In this document: positions 24,300 to 36,525 of the stretch, piece by piece
How positions within the stretch are numbered: the stretch's first letter is position 1
How the letters are laid out: each line of letters opens with the position of its first letter
Source of the DNA: Lama guanicoe
Taxonomy: Eukaryota
Direction of reading: 5' to 3'
Length of the DNA: 64,000 nt
Assembly: GCA_013239625.1 (NCBI GenBank)
Contig: MU057202.1
Span: forward strand, 1,997,101-2,061,100
Notes under the pieces: generated by a model
The model's input: only the letters and a program-made list of their open reading frames with translations
What the model was told of the DNA's origin: nothing
The model's database searches: none
Made by a program: the position numbers and the translations under genes

Positions 24300-24715
24300 T
24301 CTCAGGCTATGATTGGGAATATTTCCGTCACCCAGGAGGTTCCCTTGTGCCTTCTCCCAGTAAACACCCCCACCCCAGAAGTGCCCACCCTTTTGACTCC
24401 TACCAGCACGGGCTAGTTTTATCCGTTCTGTCTGCCGTATAAATGGCCTCGCGGGGTGCGTGCCCTCGTGGGCTGCCTTCTTCCCGTGCCGTGGTAGCGA
24501 GGCTCACCCGCATGGTTGTGTGTGGCAGTGGCTTGTGCCTTCTCACTGCAGCGTACGGATAAACCACGGCTCCTCATGCTCCTGCTGGGTTGTCTGCCGT
24601 TCTCAACGGCTCGGGGTCACATTGCTGGGAGCGTCCTTGCACCCGCCTTCTGGAAGAACACATCCCTCATTTTGACTGGGGGTATACTCAGAAAAGGACT
24701 TGCTGGTCCCAGGCT
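24300..24715 (-). mobile_element. Ancient L1ME-type 3' fragment
   Basis: atatttccgtcacccaggaggttcccttgtgccttctcccagt...ctagttttatccgttct...gggtatactcag...ttgctggtc. Confidence 0.65.
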
Positions 24716-26419
24716 GTCGCTCCTTAGTTTTGTCCTGCCGGACAGTACCCCGGCGAGACAGAGCTCCTGTTCCTCCCCTTCTCACTCTTCTCAGAGAAGC
24801 TGCATTTACACTCACTTCACCCTCCTTCTCTCCTGACGTGTGGAGAGCACCAGCGCACAGTAGGTGTTCAGCTACTGCAGTTCATTTTTGGGGAATGAAT
24901 ACTGATTGAACCCCCCTTATCATCACACCACCATCACCCCATCACTGCCAGCACCCTGATCACCATCACAGGTGACTTTCGAGCACGACCCTGTAAGTTC
25001 TTGGTTTCCTCTAATCTCCACGAAGCCCTGAAAGGCTGGCCTCACCTGGCCCACCTTGCAGGTGTGGAGCCAAGGCTCAGCAGAGCTAAGCCCTCTGCCC
25101 TGCGCTTCCTGCGTGGAGCTGGGATGCAGGTCTGCTCGAGGCCGTGCGCTGTCCCTCTGCCGCCCTGACACCCCCGCCTCTGGAAGGCCTGCAACCCATT
25201 TCCCAGATGGCTCTCGGCGCTCGTCTGTTCCGGGGGAAGGTTTCCAGGGGCCAGTGCATTTCTAGACGGCTCGACTTCCCCCGAGATGTCTCCAGAGGAT
25301 ACGGTCTGTTTATAAACTGCCCCTGGGCCTTTTCCTTTACTGGCCTTTATTGACAAATAAATGGCTGACTCACAGGAGTGAAAATATACTTCTGGTTTAG
25401 AGTTGTGTAGAGTTATTAAAAGTTTGTTGTGTCTACTCGGATGGTACAGCCACTGCCTGAGGACAAGGCAGCTGATCTGACTGTGAGACAAGCACAGATA
25501 GACGCTCCCCCTCCTGACTCAGTCGCTGCCGTATATTGTGGGTCATGGTCAAGTTTCCAGGAGTCGGTCCCCGCTGGGATTTGGGCAGAGCACCGGGTCT
25601 GGAGCCAGGGACCTGGGCTGGTGCCACAGCTCTGTTGTTTCCCAGCTGTGTGACCCTGGCCGAGTCACCTCCTCCAGCCTTTCCCCCAACGCAGGCAGAA
25701 AGTAGGAATCATAAAGCTGGCCTTCAGGGCTGGTAGGAGTGAGCAAACACAGTTTCAAACAAGCTGCCAGAGTGACCCTTAGAGCTAAGAAGGGCTGAGC
25801 TGACATGAACTCGGAGAGCAGGGCTGGGTCAGAGAAGGAGCTGGGACCAGAGAAAGCCAAGCGTATGACACAGGTTCTCCCCATCCTGTGCCCTTGGCAG
25901 GCATTGCTAATCGATCACAGTGTTCGTCCCACTAAGCTGGCAATAGACTCTCAGGGCACGTTCTCCATGGAATCCCTCCCAGGGTGTGGCCCTGGGCAGC
26001 CACCACCAATTGATCAGAGCGGGCAGGGGAGGTGAAGCCATTTGCCCCTCTTACTGAAGATCGTGTCTCCCACAGTATGAGCCACATGCTACTGGTTTAG
26101 GTGGGACAGCAGGCTTGATGGCAAATGCATCTGCATTAAAAATGCAGAAAGTGATGTTCTTTTGCTCCTAGTTGAAGACTTCATCGTGGGACAGGGAAAC
26201 CTCTCTGACAGGCCTGCTCTGCCTTGCCTCCCCTCTCTCATCACTTGCTGATCTCCGTTTTTAACAGAGAGAAGCCTCAGTTCAGAGCTTCCAGGCAGCT
26301 GGAGCGTCTGCTTAGCCGCAAAGACGCATTGTCTTGTTTCCAAGGCATTTATTTCCAGGGCTGCCCTCTGTTGACGGCCCCCACTTTGGGTTCTCCATTT
26401 GCAGAGACATGAGGTTTCT

Positions 26420-26800
26420 GATAAAGCAAGTTTTGTTAGATGAAAGCGAGCTGGAGCAGTGGCGTGGCGGACAAGGGTGCAGGGTGCATGGCTCTGTCAG
26501 AGCCCGTGCGGACGGCTGGCAGCGGTGCAGGCTGTGGCTGGACTGCCGCTGGGCAAACGTGTGTCTCAGAAATTTGGGACACTTGGTCCCAAGCTCTGGG
26601 GATCCATGGGAAGGCTTGAGCCGGGCAGGCAGGCCTGGAGCGGGCTCTGGTCAGACTCCGTGGCAGCCAGATGGGAGCAAGGGGTGGCTCTCGGGGGCAC
26701 CAGGGAGGCGTGGATGCAGGTCGGGGTGGGAATAATAATGGGCTTTGTTATGGGTGGGTCTGGGGTGAGGGAGATGGGGGAGTCCAGGTGTCACCTAGGA
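26420..26800 (-). mobile_element. L2 LINE fragment
   Basis: Degenerate antisense-L2 pattern: ...tggggatccatgggaaggcttgagc...tcagactccgtggcagc.... Confidence 0.4.
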
Positions 26801-26919
26801 CTTGTGCCTTGGTGATGCGGTCCCGGGACATGCCACCACCAGCGTGTTCCTGGGGGCAGGGAGAAACACTGATGTGATGTCCCCTGCTGTGGTTTGCCTG
26901 TTTCCAGACCTCAACATTT

Positions 26920-27450
26920 ATTTTTAAACATTTAAAATTTAAATAACATAAAATTGATCATCGTAACCGTTTTCAAAGTGTACAGTCCAGTGGCGGTAAG
27001 CATGTCCATGCCGTTGGGCCACCGCCACTGCCAGCTGGCCTCCAGACTGAAACTCCGTCCCCGGTCGACACCAGCTCCCGCCGTTCCCTCCCTAGCCCTG
27101 GCACTCACCACGCTGCTTTCTGCCTTATGATTTTGCATGCTCTAGGGATCTGGGACCAGTGGAATCACAGAGAATTTGTCTTTCTGTGACTGGCTTACCT
27201 CATTCAGTGTAATGTCCACAAGACTCATCCATGCTGTAGCAGGTGTCAAAACTTCCCTCCTTTTTAAAGCTGAATAATATTCCACTGTGTGGATGGACCA
27301 CATTTTGTTTATCCACTCATTGGTCGTCGGACACGTGGGCTGCTTCCACCTTGAGCGACTCTGCTGTGACCAGGGGTGTACAAATACCTCTTTGAGCCCC
27401 TGCCTCTTCCTTTGGTGTTTACCCCGTGGTGGGGGGCTTGCTGGCTCACA
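26920..27450 (-). mobile_element. L1MB-type 3' end
   Basis: aacataaaattgatcatcgtaaccgttttcaaagtgtacag...ctgtgactggcttacctc...tttttaaagctgaataatattccactgtgtggatggaccacattttgtttatccactca. Confidence 0.85.
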
Positions 27451-29719
27451 TGACCAGACTTCAATCTTTCAACCCTGCAGGCGCGAATCGCGAACGGCGA
27501 GATTCAGGGGTAAGTGATGGGCCTGTGGCAGTAGATGTTACAGGGAGGAAAGAGCCTTCCCAACATGCTCTCAATCACAGGACACACTTCTAAGCTCAGG
27601 CTCCCCAGAAGCAGAGCCTGAGACGAGGATCAGGGACGAGGAGCTCACCCCGGAGGCGATCCCAGGAAACACAGGTGGGGGGGGGGGCAGGGAGTGGGGC
27701 AGGGAAGGGGCAGGGCCGATAGACAGGCCCTAACCAGGAGGCGGCTTCTGAGGGCACCGGACACCTTGGGAGATCACAGAACATGCCTCAGAGTTGTCCT
27801 TCTTCCATCCATACTCGTGGGGCAAGGACGCTGGCTTATTCACCCCCCATTCTGGTTCATGGTTGGTTGAGGGCTGCTCCTGGGGGTGGGGGTGGCACTT
27901 CCCAGCATAAACGAGGTCTGAGTGTCTGTGGCCAGGAAGTCCCTCGGGTAGGGCTTGGGAACTTGCCATGGGAGGCTGTTGGGTGCTAAGGCAGGATGGC
28001 AGTGTGAGGGCAGGGCACTGGCAGCCTCTGCTGCAGTAGAGGTGGCCGCCCACCCTGCCGATAGCTGCTCAACCCCAGAGGCTGGAGAAAGAGCCGTGCT
28101 TAGTTCAAAACTCACCCGTGGTCAACTGCCCTTTTGCCATGAACTTCTGCGTTGCTTCAGTTCTGTCTCAGTGGGCTGGCATCTGATGACTGCAGAGAGA
28201 AGCAGGAGTTACTGTGTAAGTCAGATAGTAAATACTGAAGACTAGCAGGCAGCAATGACGAAGCGCTGGCCAAGGGAAGCCCTGTGCTCAGGCCTTTCCC
28301 ACCCAGCACACTTCTCCTGAACTGCTGAGCCTCCTCTGAGCCCTGCAGGCTGCACCCCCCGGGTCTGAGTGGGCACACGTGAGCATGCCTCTCCGCCTGC
28401 CAGCCCTGGTCCCACCTCCCTGTTTACAGCAGGAGTGGAGGCCAGAGCCCATGGCTTAGCTGGGGCTACGGTGAGCCCTCCGGAAGCAAAGCCCCATCAT
28501 GAACCCAGGCCTCCTGTCTCTGAGGCCCCGAGCCCTTTCTCTGAGGTCCCGGGCAGTGGGACGACCGTGGTCGTCTCTGCCTCTCACTGTCTCCTGTGCC
28601 CGGACACCAGAGTTAGGCTCACCGCCAGGCTGTGCTTGGGGGATGGGCTTTGGCAACTGTGGTGAGACAGTATTTAACATTTTGGAGACAGAAATGGCCA
28701 TCTGAAAAGGCTAAAATGATATGTTTTGGCCCCGTCTCTAACCTTTGGAACGATGCCCAGCTTCCGACAGTCTCTGAAGCTGTTCTGGGGGAGGAAACCT
28801 TACGCTGAGGAAAAGCACATTGCTTTCCTTCAAGGTTCCCCTGAAGCTTTCATTTCAGGGGCCGCAGATGCTGTGTCCCGCCATGTTCCTCACTGCCTCC
28901 GAGAGGGGCATCCCCGGACCCCCAGGTGGACGGAGCCTGGATGTCCTTTCCAGGACGGCGCAGAGAGGAAAACGTCCTCTAAGAAGCAATGGCTGCCACC
29001 TCCAGAACACTCACGGTTCTTCCCAGGAAAACACACTCCCACAGTGGTTTGTAAAAAAGATCCAGTCAAGTCCTTTTATCAAGAACGGATTTCTCCCCAG
29101 GGACCAACTCGCAGAAAACAGGCGTGTTCCGTGATCTCCAGAACGCACCCTGGCCCGCGTCACTGGGCTCTTGCAGACCGTGTCCCCACGCAGCCCACTC
29201 AAGGTCCTGCTTAGAATCTCTGGATCTGGATCAGATGCAAAATGCGATTTAACCTGGGAATAATAATAACAACTACAAGAACCTAGCGCCACACTCTTCA
29301 AAACACAGTTGGTTGAATCCATTGAAAAAACTGTGCTGATGGGTTACTTACAGTAACGACTGACTGGTTGTTCCTTTCCTGTTCTTTGGAAGGTTAGCGG
29401 GGTTTTTGTTTCTTAGTTTGTGTGGTATTTTAAATGACTTGAAATTGTCTCCCAGATTAGTGTTGTATTTGACGCGAGAGTATTCATTTTTGATTTGTTT
29501 TGATTTGAATGACTGCTCGATGAGTCAGGTTAGTGGCGGCAAGTAAGGCTTGGCTCTGCTGGGCCCCCGGCTAGCCCTGAGTCACCCCCTGACCCTGGGC
29601 TTCGGTTTCCCCGCTTGGAACACGATGATTTGGAAAGAGTCATTCTTCTTGGGCTGTTATTTACTAAGAAGAACATTAATGTCAAAAGGGGCAGAGGCTT
29701 ATGCTATGATTGCCGAGAA

Positions 29720-29890
29720 CAGCGTTGTCCAGAAGAACTTTCTGTGACAATGGGAGTGTTCTGTAGCATAACGTGTGTGTGACTCCCGTACGGTGGCCGC
29801 CGGGCACTTGTAATGCGGTGAGAGCAACTGAGGAAGCACGTTTTAAATTTGCTTTAGTTGTAATTCATTTCAGTTTAAGTAGCTATGCCA
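29720..29890. mobile_element. MER3-like hAT-Charlie element
   Basis: cagcgttgtccagaagaactttctgtgacaatgggagtgttct...gcaactgaggaagcacgttttaaattt. Confidence 0.7.
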
Positions 29891-30606
29891 TTCGTGACAA
29901 CGGCTCTGAGCCGAGCAGGCTCAGGGGGAAAGTCTGCAAACCGGTCAACATGACAGGTGGTTCCCCACGGACCTCCGTTTTCTCCTCAGAAAAAGAGAAG
30001 TCTGGACAGATTAGAGCTTCTTAAAATTTTCTACCCAGGTTCACAGTTAGGAAAACTGAAGCAACACTAGGTATTTCAAAGGGAAGGGCCTGGATGAACA
30101 GAAGGAGGTGCTTATCAGTCCTTCAGAGAGCCTGGAGGAGGGACGTCAGGAGGGGTTGCATCCAGCTTTCAGGTTTGTCACTGTGAGTGGAATTCCAGGA
30201 CAAGCGAGTGCTGTCACCCAGAAGCCAGAAAACCGCAGGGCAGCCTTGCTGACACGTCTGCGCTGTGGCCCCGAGTGGGGTGGCTGGCAGGGGAACACAG
30301 AGGCAGCTACAGAAACATGCATTTGCCATCAGCATCCTCTGCAGCTGCTGGAGCAGCTCAGTGTCTTCTGCCTCCTCCACCCTGCGTGGGAGCTTCTCAT
30401 CCGTGGGCAGGCATGGGTCTCTGTCCTCCAGGTCTGTGGTGCATGGGGCGCGAATCAATGTCGACTGTCCAGACACAACACCTAGCAAATGCTCCGAACA
30501 TCATGGGAGGTGAACAGACGTCATCCCCACATGCCAGAGACTGGCGTGCCGCGCGTGGGGCCCGCCCCAGAACAAGATTGGCACCTGTCGTTTGGCTGGC
30601 CGCGTA

Positions 30607-31099
30607 CAAGTGCACCTCGTTTGATCGCACGTCGAGGTTTTTACGACTGAGGGTCGGTGGAGACCCTGCGTTGAGCAAGTCTGTTGGTGACACTTTTCCT
30701 ACACATTTGCTCACTTATGTCTCTCTGTCACATTTTGGTAGCTCTCACACCATTTCAAACTTTTTCATTATTATTATATTTGTTATGTTGACCTGTGATC
30801 AGTGATCTTTGATATCACTACTGCAACTCGGTGAAGGCTCATGGCCAGCCTTTTTTAGCAAGAAAGTATTTTTAAATTAAGGTATGTACTTTGTTTTTTT
30901 AGACATAATGCCACCGCACACTTTATAGACCTCAGTGTAGTGTGAACGTAATGTCACACGCACCGGGCACCCCGGTGTAGTGGGACCATAGCAGCACGCG
31001 CACTGGGGAACCACAAAAGTCGTGCATCTCCCTTTAGGCAATAATTGCTTTATCGCAGTGGCCTGTAACCGAACCTGTGATACCGCCAAGATGTGCCTG
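30607..31099 (+). mobile_element. Internally deleted Tigger1 (Tigger1a-type) DNA transposon
   Basis: Decayed terminal repeats (ta|caagtgcacctcg ... caagatgtgcctg|tg). Internal matches to both Tigger1 ends: accctgcgttgagcaagtct, tgtgatcagtgatctttgat, aaagtatttttaaattaaggtatgtac. Confidence 0.9.
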
Positions 31100-31475
31100 T
31101 GTCTATTCCTGTCTCCTGGCAACAGCACTGTGATTTTTCCATGGGCATCACCCCTCCCCCACATTCAGTCCATTTGTTTTGGGTGGGGGTACTTTACACC
31201 TCTGTGTCCAGAGCTGGCCTAGGGATTCAGGCTGGCCAACCAGGTAACTACCTTACAACCCCCTGCCACAGTGCTGGGGTTAGGGATGGATATGGGTCCC
31301 ATATAATTAGAGACCGGATGGTCATGGGCTACTGGGAAAGGAATTTCTCTGACTGGGGTAACTCAGGGAGACAGGATGCAAGCCTGGAGCTCAGGCAACC
31401 ATTCTGCCTCCATGAGGGTAGTTCCTGCCTGAGAGTAGAACCATGAGAGAGGAAAGCAGAAGTAAAAGATGGTCC

Positions 31476-31710
31476 TGTGGCCTGAATGTTGTGTCCCCCT
31501 CAAATTCATATGTTGAAATCCTAACACCTCAGAGTGATGATTAGGAAGTAGGGCCTTTGGGAGGTGATTAGAGCATGAGGATTGTGTCCTCATGAACGGG
31601 ATTAATGCTTTTATGAAATGGCCCCGAGAGAGCCCCGGCTCCTCCCACCATATGAGGACATAGGGAGCAGGTGGCCCTCTGCAGCCTGGAAGGGGGCCCT
31701 CCCAGAACTG
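31476..31710 (+). mobile_element. MaLR LTR (MLT1A/MLT1A0-like), 3'-truncated
   Basis: ctgaatgttgtgtcccc...aaattcatatgttgaaatcctaac...gggcctttgggaggtgattag...cctcatgaacgggatta...atgaggaca. Confidence 0.85.
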
Positions 31711-32689
31711 CTTAATCAGTCTTCATAAAAATCATTAGAAAGCAGTCGCACGAAGCTCATCGACTCAGGTAATAGCTGGTGCGCTTCTGCACTCAGACGG
31801 GCTCCACGGCCCTCGCAGAGGGCGTCTGGGGTGCCCTCTGGGCTCTCTCCAGAGTGAGGAGGATGCAGACATTCACTGTGCTGCGCTGTCAGCACACAGG
31901 CACACCGCGCCCAGGAGAAGAACGGTAACACAGACTGCTTCAAAAGCCGGCGAAATACCAGCAGCTGAGTTTCAAAGAAAACACTTTTTTGGTAGTTTCT
32001 TTAAAACACTCCCCCCACCGATAGCAACATTTACACGTGTCTGTAAAACATTCAAGCTTTACCGATGTACAGCAGATCTTACTTCTTAGAATTTTCATTC
32101 AGCTCACTCTCTGGAATTGAAACCATAATTTTAAACTAATTACTTTTGTCCACTTATATTTTGTTTAAAACATGTTCTGAAATAAATAAGTAACATATAG
32201 TTAATCTTTTAAAAATTCAAATAACATTAAGCGTATCACACAGGGAGCGTCAGTGCCCACCCTCGAGGCAGCCACACTAAGGGAATTCGGAGCATATCTA
32301 CATGCCCCTCTGGCATAGATTGTTTCTGTTTCTTTTTAATAAAAGTTGGTGCTGGACCTCACTTCCTGTTTTTACTTTTTTTTTTCACTTAGTCATAGAC
32401 CCTGGGCATCCTCTGGGCCTGTCACACGGATCTTTTACTCTTTAACGGCTGCAAGGTTTTCTGCTGACTGCAGTTTATTTAACATCCCCTGCTGGTCCCC
32501 GGGTTTTTCCTGAAGATTCGCTGTGACAGATGGTGCTCCAGTGAAAATGCTTGTCCAGTTATTTCGGCACATTTATAAGAGCATTTCTCAGGATACATTC
32601 CTTGGAGAAGAGTTTCACTTCTGAGGATAGGTCCTTCTCTAAAAAACAGCCCCTGGGTCTGACCCACACGCCCTTCATGAAGGTTGTTC

Positions 32690-33520
32690 CAGCCAGCTGG
32701 CGCCCCCAGACGGCTCTCCTCATTCCGCGCCCTGCCCGTCGCTCTACACCCGTCCAGGCGCCGGACTCAGGGTTAATGCTCTCCTAGCAGCGCTCCCGGC
32801 CGGGCCGCCACCTCTAGCTGCTAGCGTCAGTGTTAAGCAGACACAGCTACAGCCCTTTGAGACGCGCTGCTGCCCCAGAGCGCGCCCGGCGGGCGTTCCG
32901 GACAGCGCCGCCTCCAGCGGCTCTCGGCGGCGGCGGCGGCGGCGGCGGCATGAGTCCTGCTCTCACGACCAGAGCGCGAGCGCCGACGCGACGCAGCTTG
33001 GCCGGGCCTTCCCCGCCGGCGGCGAGGGCGGAGGGCCCCGCGGAGTCCCCGCTGGGACGGCCGCAGAGAGCTTGGTGGCGGGTCCCGGTACCACTCCTGG
33101 GACAGACGCAGTCTCATTCTTCAAATAATGCAACAGCAGGGCCTGGGGAAGCGCAGCCTCCTGCTGGCTGGTGAGAAGTCCTCCGGGGGAGGCTTCCCGA
33201 GGCGCTTTTGGAGTCGCCGTGCTGTTTTCTCAAAAGCAAGGGGAAAGGACTCTTCTAACGTAACGTGGCTTCGCCTGCAGGAGGCCGCCCGCAACGCCAC
33301 CCTGCGCCTTTGCTCAGGCCGGGTCTGCTGCTTCTCCGCCCACCCTGGCCCTCGTCCACCCCCCAAGGCTGTGTGTCCACAACTCCCTTTCCCTGCTCCC
33401 TGGCCCGGCCTCCCGCGGGGGGAGTGGTTCTCCATCCCAGGGGCTCGGGCTCCGCGGGGTGCTTCCCAGCTTCCCCTCCGGAGCATCCAGCCTCCGCCGT
33501 GGGAAGAGCACGGCCCAGCC
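32690..33520. promoter_or_regulatory. Orphan CpG island
   Basis: Dense CpG and very high GC with no recognisable gene; contains (GGC)8. Confidence 0.7.
32926..32949 (+). repeat. (GGC)8 trinucleotide repeat
   Basis: Seen directly; immediately followed by ATG at 32950. Confidence 0.95.
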
Positions 33521-33609
33521 GGCACTGCTGCCTCTACCTGGGTCTCAGAGTGAAAACTGGAGAGATCCCTGGAGACGCCCTGCTGAGGCATGCATTAATC
33601 TGCTTGCAG

Positions 33610-33994
33610 GCTCCTTGAATCCTTTCTGACTCCTACTATAACAACGTGGGTCAGATAAGTGCTTTTCCAGCCTCTCTTGCAGTCAGAAAAGGCTGAGTGA
33701 GCCACTCTTGGCTCATGGCATGAAAGCAGAAGTCTTCTGGAGAGATTTATGGGGATCTTTTGTGTTTTTCACCTTCACCCTTCATCTTGTCTTGAATATG
33801 AATGCGATGTCTGGTGCTGCAGCAGTCATCGGGTGCCATGAAGCGTAGCAGAGACTACTCCAGAGACGTGAACTCTGTCCACTTACAGTGCTGGCCACTG
33901 GCCACACTGCCGCCTCTAGAAGAGAAACCTGGTTTTTTAAAGCCACTGTGGCTGGGTTTTCTGTTGCCTGCAGCCAAACACTCCCAGTGGATAC
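33610..33994 (+). mobile_element. ERVL/MaLR LTR (MLT1J/LTR16-like)
   Basis: ttttccagcctctcttgcag...gatgtctggtgctgcagcagtcatc...tttaaagccactgtggctgggttttctgttgcctgcagccaaac...gataca. Confidence 0.6.
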
Positions 33995-36338
33995 AGCTGG
34001 TTAGTAAATGACGTATTATCACACAATGGAATATAGCAGAGCCATTAAAGGGGATGGTGTTACTGTGTATTTTTATTAACACGAAGAAGTCAGGATATTT
34101 TGTTACGTGGGAAAAAAGTCGAGTTCCAAAGAGCAATTTTGTAATTACATTGCGTGGACAAACATTCACACACACGCTCATCTTTCTTAATTTCTATTTG
34201 TAAGAAAGTCCGTAAGTACAAGCGTTAAGACGTTGCGTGTGGTGAGACTTAAGGGCATGTCTCGTTTTCTTCTCTGCTGCTCCAGACTTTCTGAATTTCC
34301 TGAATTTTGTAATTAGAGAAAAACGACAGCTAAAAGAAACACAGTGGGGAAGAAGCGTTTCAAGGGATGGATGGCGACACCAGCTACAAACCACTCCCGC
34401 TTCCCAGACAGGCTGACAGGTGGTGTGGGTGTACTGGCGTCTAAAAGCCCCGTCTCACTGCCCTTCCTCAGTCCTGCATGCTCTGCATGCTCCCGTTGCC
34501 CCCAGCACCGGTGCCATCCCAGGAGGGCGCCGTGGCACAGACGGCTGAGCTGTCTCAGACATCTCCCTCTCTCTCCTCCTTCCCTCTTCCTTTCCTCCCT
34601 TTCGCCTCTGCCCTCCTCCCTCCGTAGACACTCCTGGGTACCTGCCCCCAGTCCCTGGGTGCACAGTGGGAGAAGGAAGCTCGGGCCCCGGCCCCCGGGA
34701 GCTGAGCATGGGGAGGGTCGAGCAGAGCGACTGTGTCTGTCCCTCGTTGCGGTGGAGGAGTGGGGGCCCCACAGGGGTGTGTGTAGGGCTTGGTTTGTGA
34801 AGAGCCTGACACACCCAGGGCTTTAGTCGGCAGCCACAGTCATTCAGGACTCTTCTGCGGCAGGCAAGTTCCAGTGCCGGGGCTGTCAGCTCCTTCCTTG
34901 TGCCCACAGGCCCCCCGGGCGCCTGCTTAGCATGTCTTTCTGCCTTGCCACTGTGGGCCCACGTTCCGGCCTGATGCTCCATCCTCCCCTGGCTTGGGGC
35001 TCTGTTTGCCTTTCTCAGTCCTTCCAGGCTCTGGACTCCTGTCCCCGAATCTGCCATCACAGAGGACCCTGCAGGGTGCACCCAAACCTCGCTGCCTCAC
35101 CACTGGGCTGGGACCCTGCCCAGGCGCTGGGGCTCCTGGTCCCTGGCCCCCTGCTGCCAGCACCACCTCTCACATTCTAGAGCCACACCTGTGCCACCCA
35201 GCATCCAGCCACCAAAGGCCCTTCTGCATCCTGAGCCCAGCAAACCTTCTGAGGGGCTTTGCTTGATCTGTCTTATCAACGGCTCCCAGCCCCAAGGCCC
35301 CAGTCCTTCCTCCTCCCACCACGTTCATGGTGGGACCGACATTTATGTCACTCCTTCCGGCCCCATGCCAACCAGGCGAGTGGAGAAACTGAGTCACAGT
35401 CTGAATTGTCTAAAACCTTCCATGTCCCCAATTCATCTTTTACGGACAGCTGTTTGGAACCCAGACACCTTAGAAGTCACTGTAGGCAGGCAGCTGCCAT
35501 CAATTCTAGAATAAACATTTAGCCAATAGAGAAAACTGCCTCAGATCTCAGAAGGTGTGAGTGTGGCCTGAAACCCAGGGTGTGGGCATTGAGCCGCGCT
35601 GAGCAGAGCGGCGCCCTTCCTCCCGGCGGGGCCCCCTCGGCTCCTGATGAGCCGGATCGGCCCACGCATCACAGCGCCTCCTCGTACAGAGGGCTGTCCT
35701 TGGCATCCTCCATCCCAACAAACGCTGAAGTGCGACATGGCGTGGGTAGGTCTGGGTCGTGCGGGAGCTGGGGTCGCAGACAGAAGCTGACCGCGGGGTT
35801 GGGGCTTGGTCCAGGCAGCGCAGGGGAAGGGCCTTGGGGTGAGCGATGGGGCAGTTTGTGGTAGTCAGTCACTTGAGGGGACCCAGTGGTGCTGCGGGCC
35901 TGCTTTGCACGCTGGGCACAACCAAAAGGGGCGTCTGGCAGTGGAAATCTGGGCAGAGACAGTGGGATGCGCACTGAAACGCGGGTTGAAGAGGAAAGGC
36001 CAGGTGCAGACCCGGAGGCTCCTTGGTGGACTCAGTGAGTCTCACTCGGGAAGCCAGTGAACGGTAAGATGCTCGCAGTCTTGTTAATGAGAAGCTGCCT
36101 TCAGGGTGACGGAATAGGAGGGGTTAGCTGACCAACGAGCCTCTCTACGTGGGACACAGGGTCCAGGAGCCCAGGGACTCCCCAGCGGGACAGAGGCTGG
36201 GACTCCCCACAGACCAGGCGGCGCCGCCCCGCCAGCCCCACGCACACAGCCCCCTCCTCCCTGTCCCCGCCCCGGTTTGCAACACCTCTCGGCTCAGGGC
36301 TCTGATAAGAGCCGCATTTATTCTCAGACCCCCTAACA

Positions 36339-36525
36339 CAGTGCCATCCAGGAGAACTTTCTGCTACGACGGAAGTTCTAGAACCGTGTTGTCCCAGGGG
36401 GTCGACACGTGTGGCCATTAGAGCGCTGAAACGGGGCTGGCGTAACCGAGGCACTGAACTTTCAGTTTCGGTGACTTTTAATGGTTTAAATGTGAATGGC
36501 CACACACAGAGGGTGTGGCACGATG
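36339..36525. mobile_element. MER3-like hAT-Charlie element
   Basis: cagtgccatccaggagaactttctgctacgacggaagttcta...cacgtgtggccatt...actgaacttt...tttaaatgtgaatggccaca. Confidence 0.7.

Noticed and set aside
32804-32825. CTCF-like sequence cgccacctctagc (also 13965-13977)
   Set aside because: Two or more mismatches in the core; not distinguishable from GC-rich background without a PWM scan.
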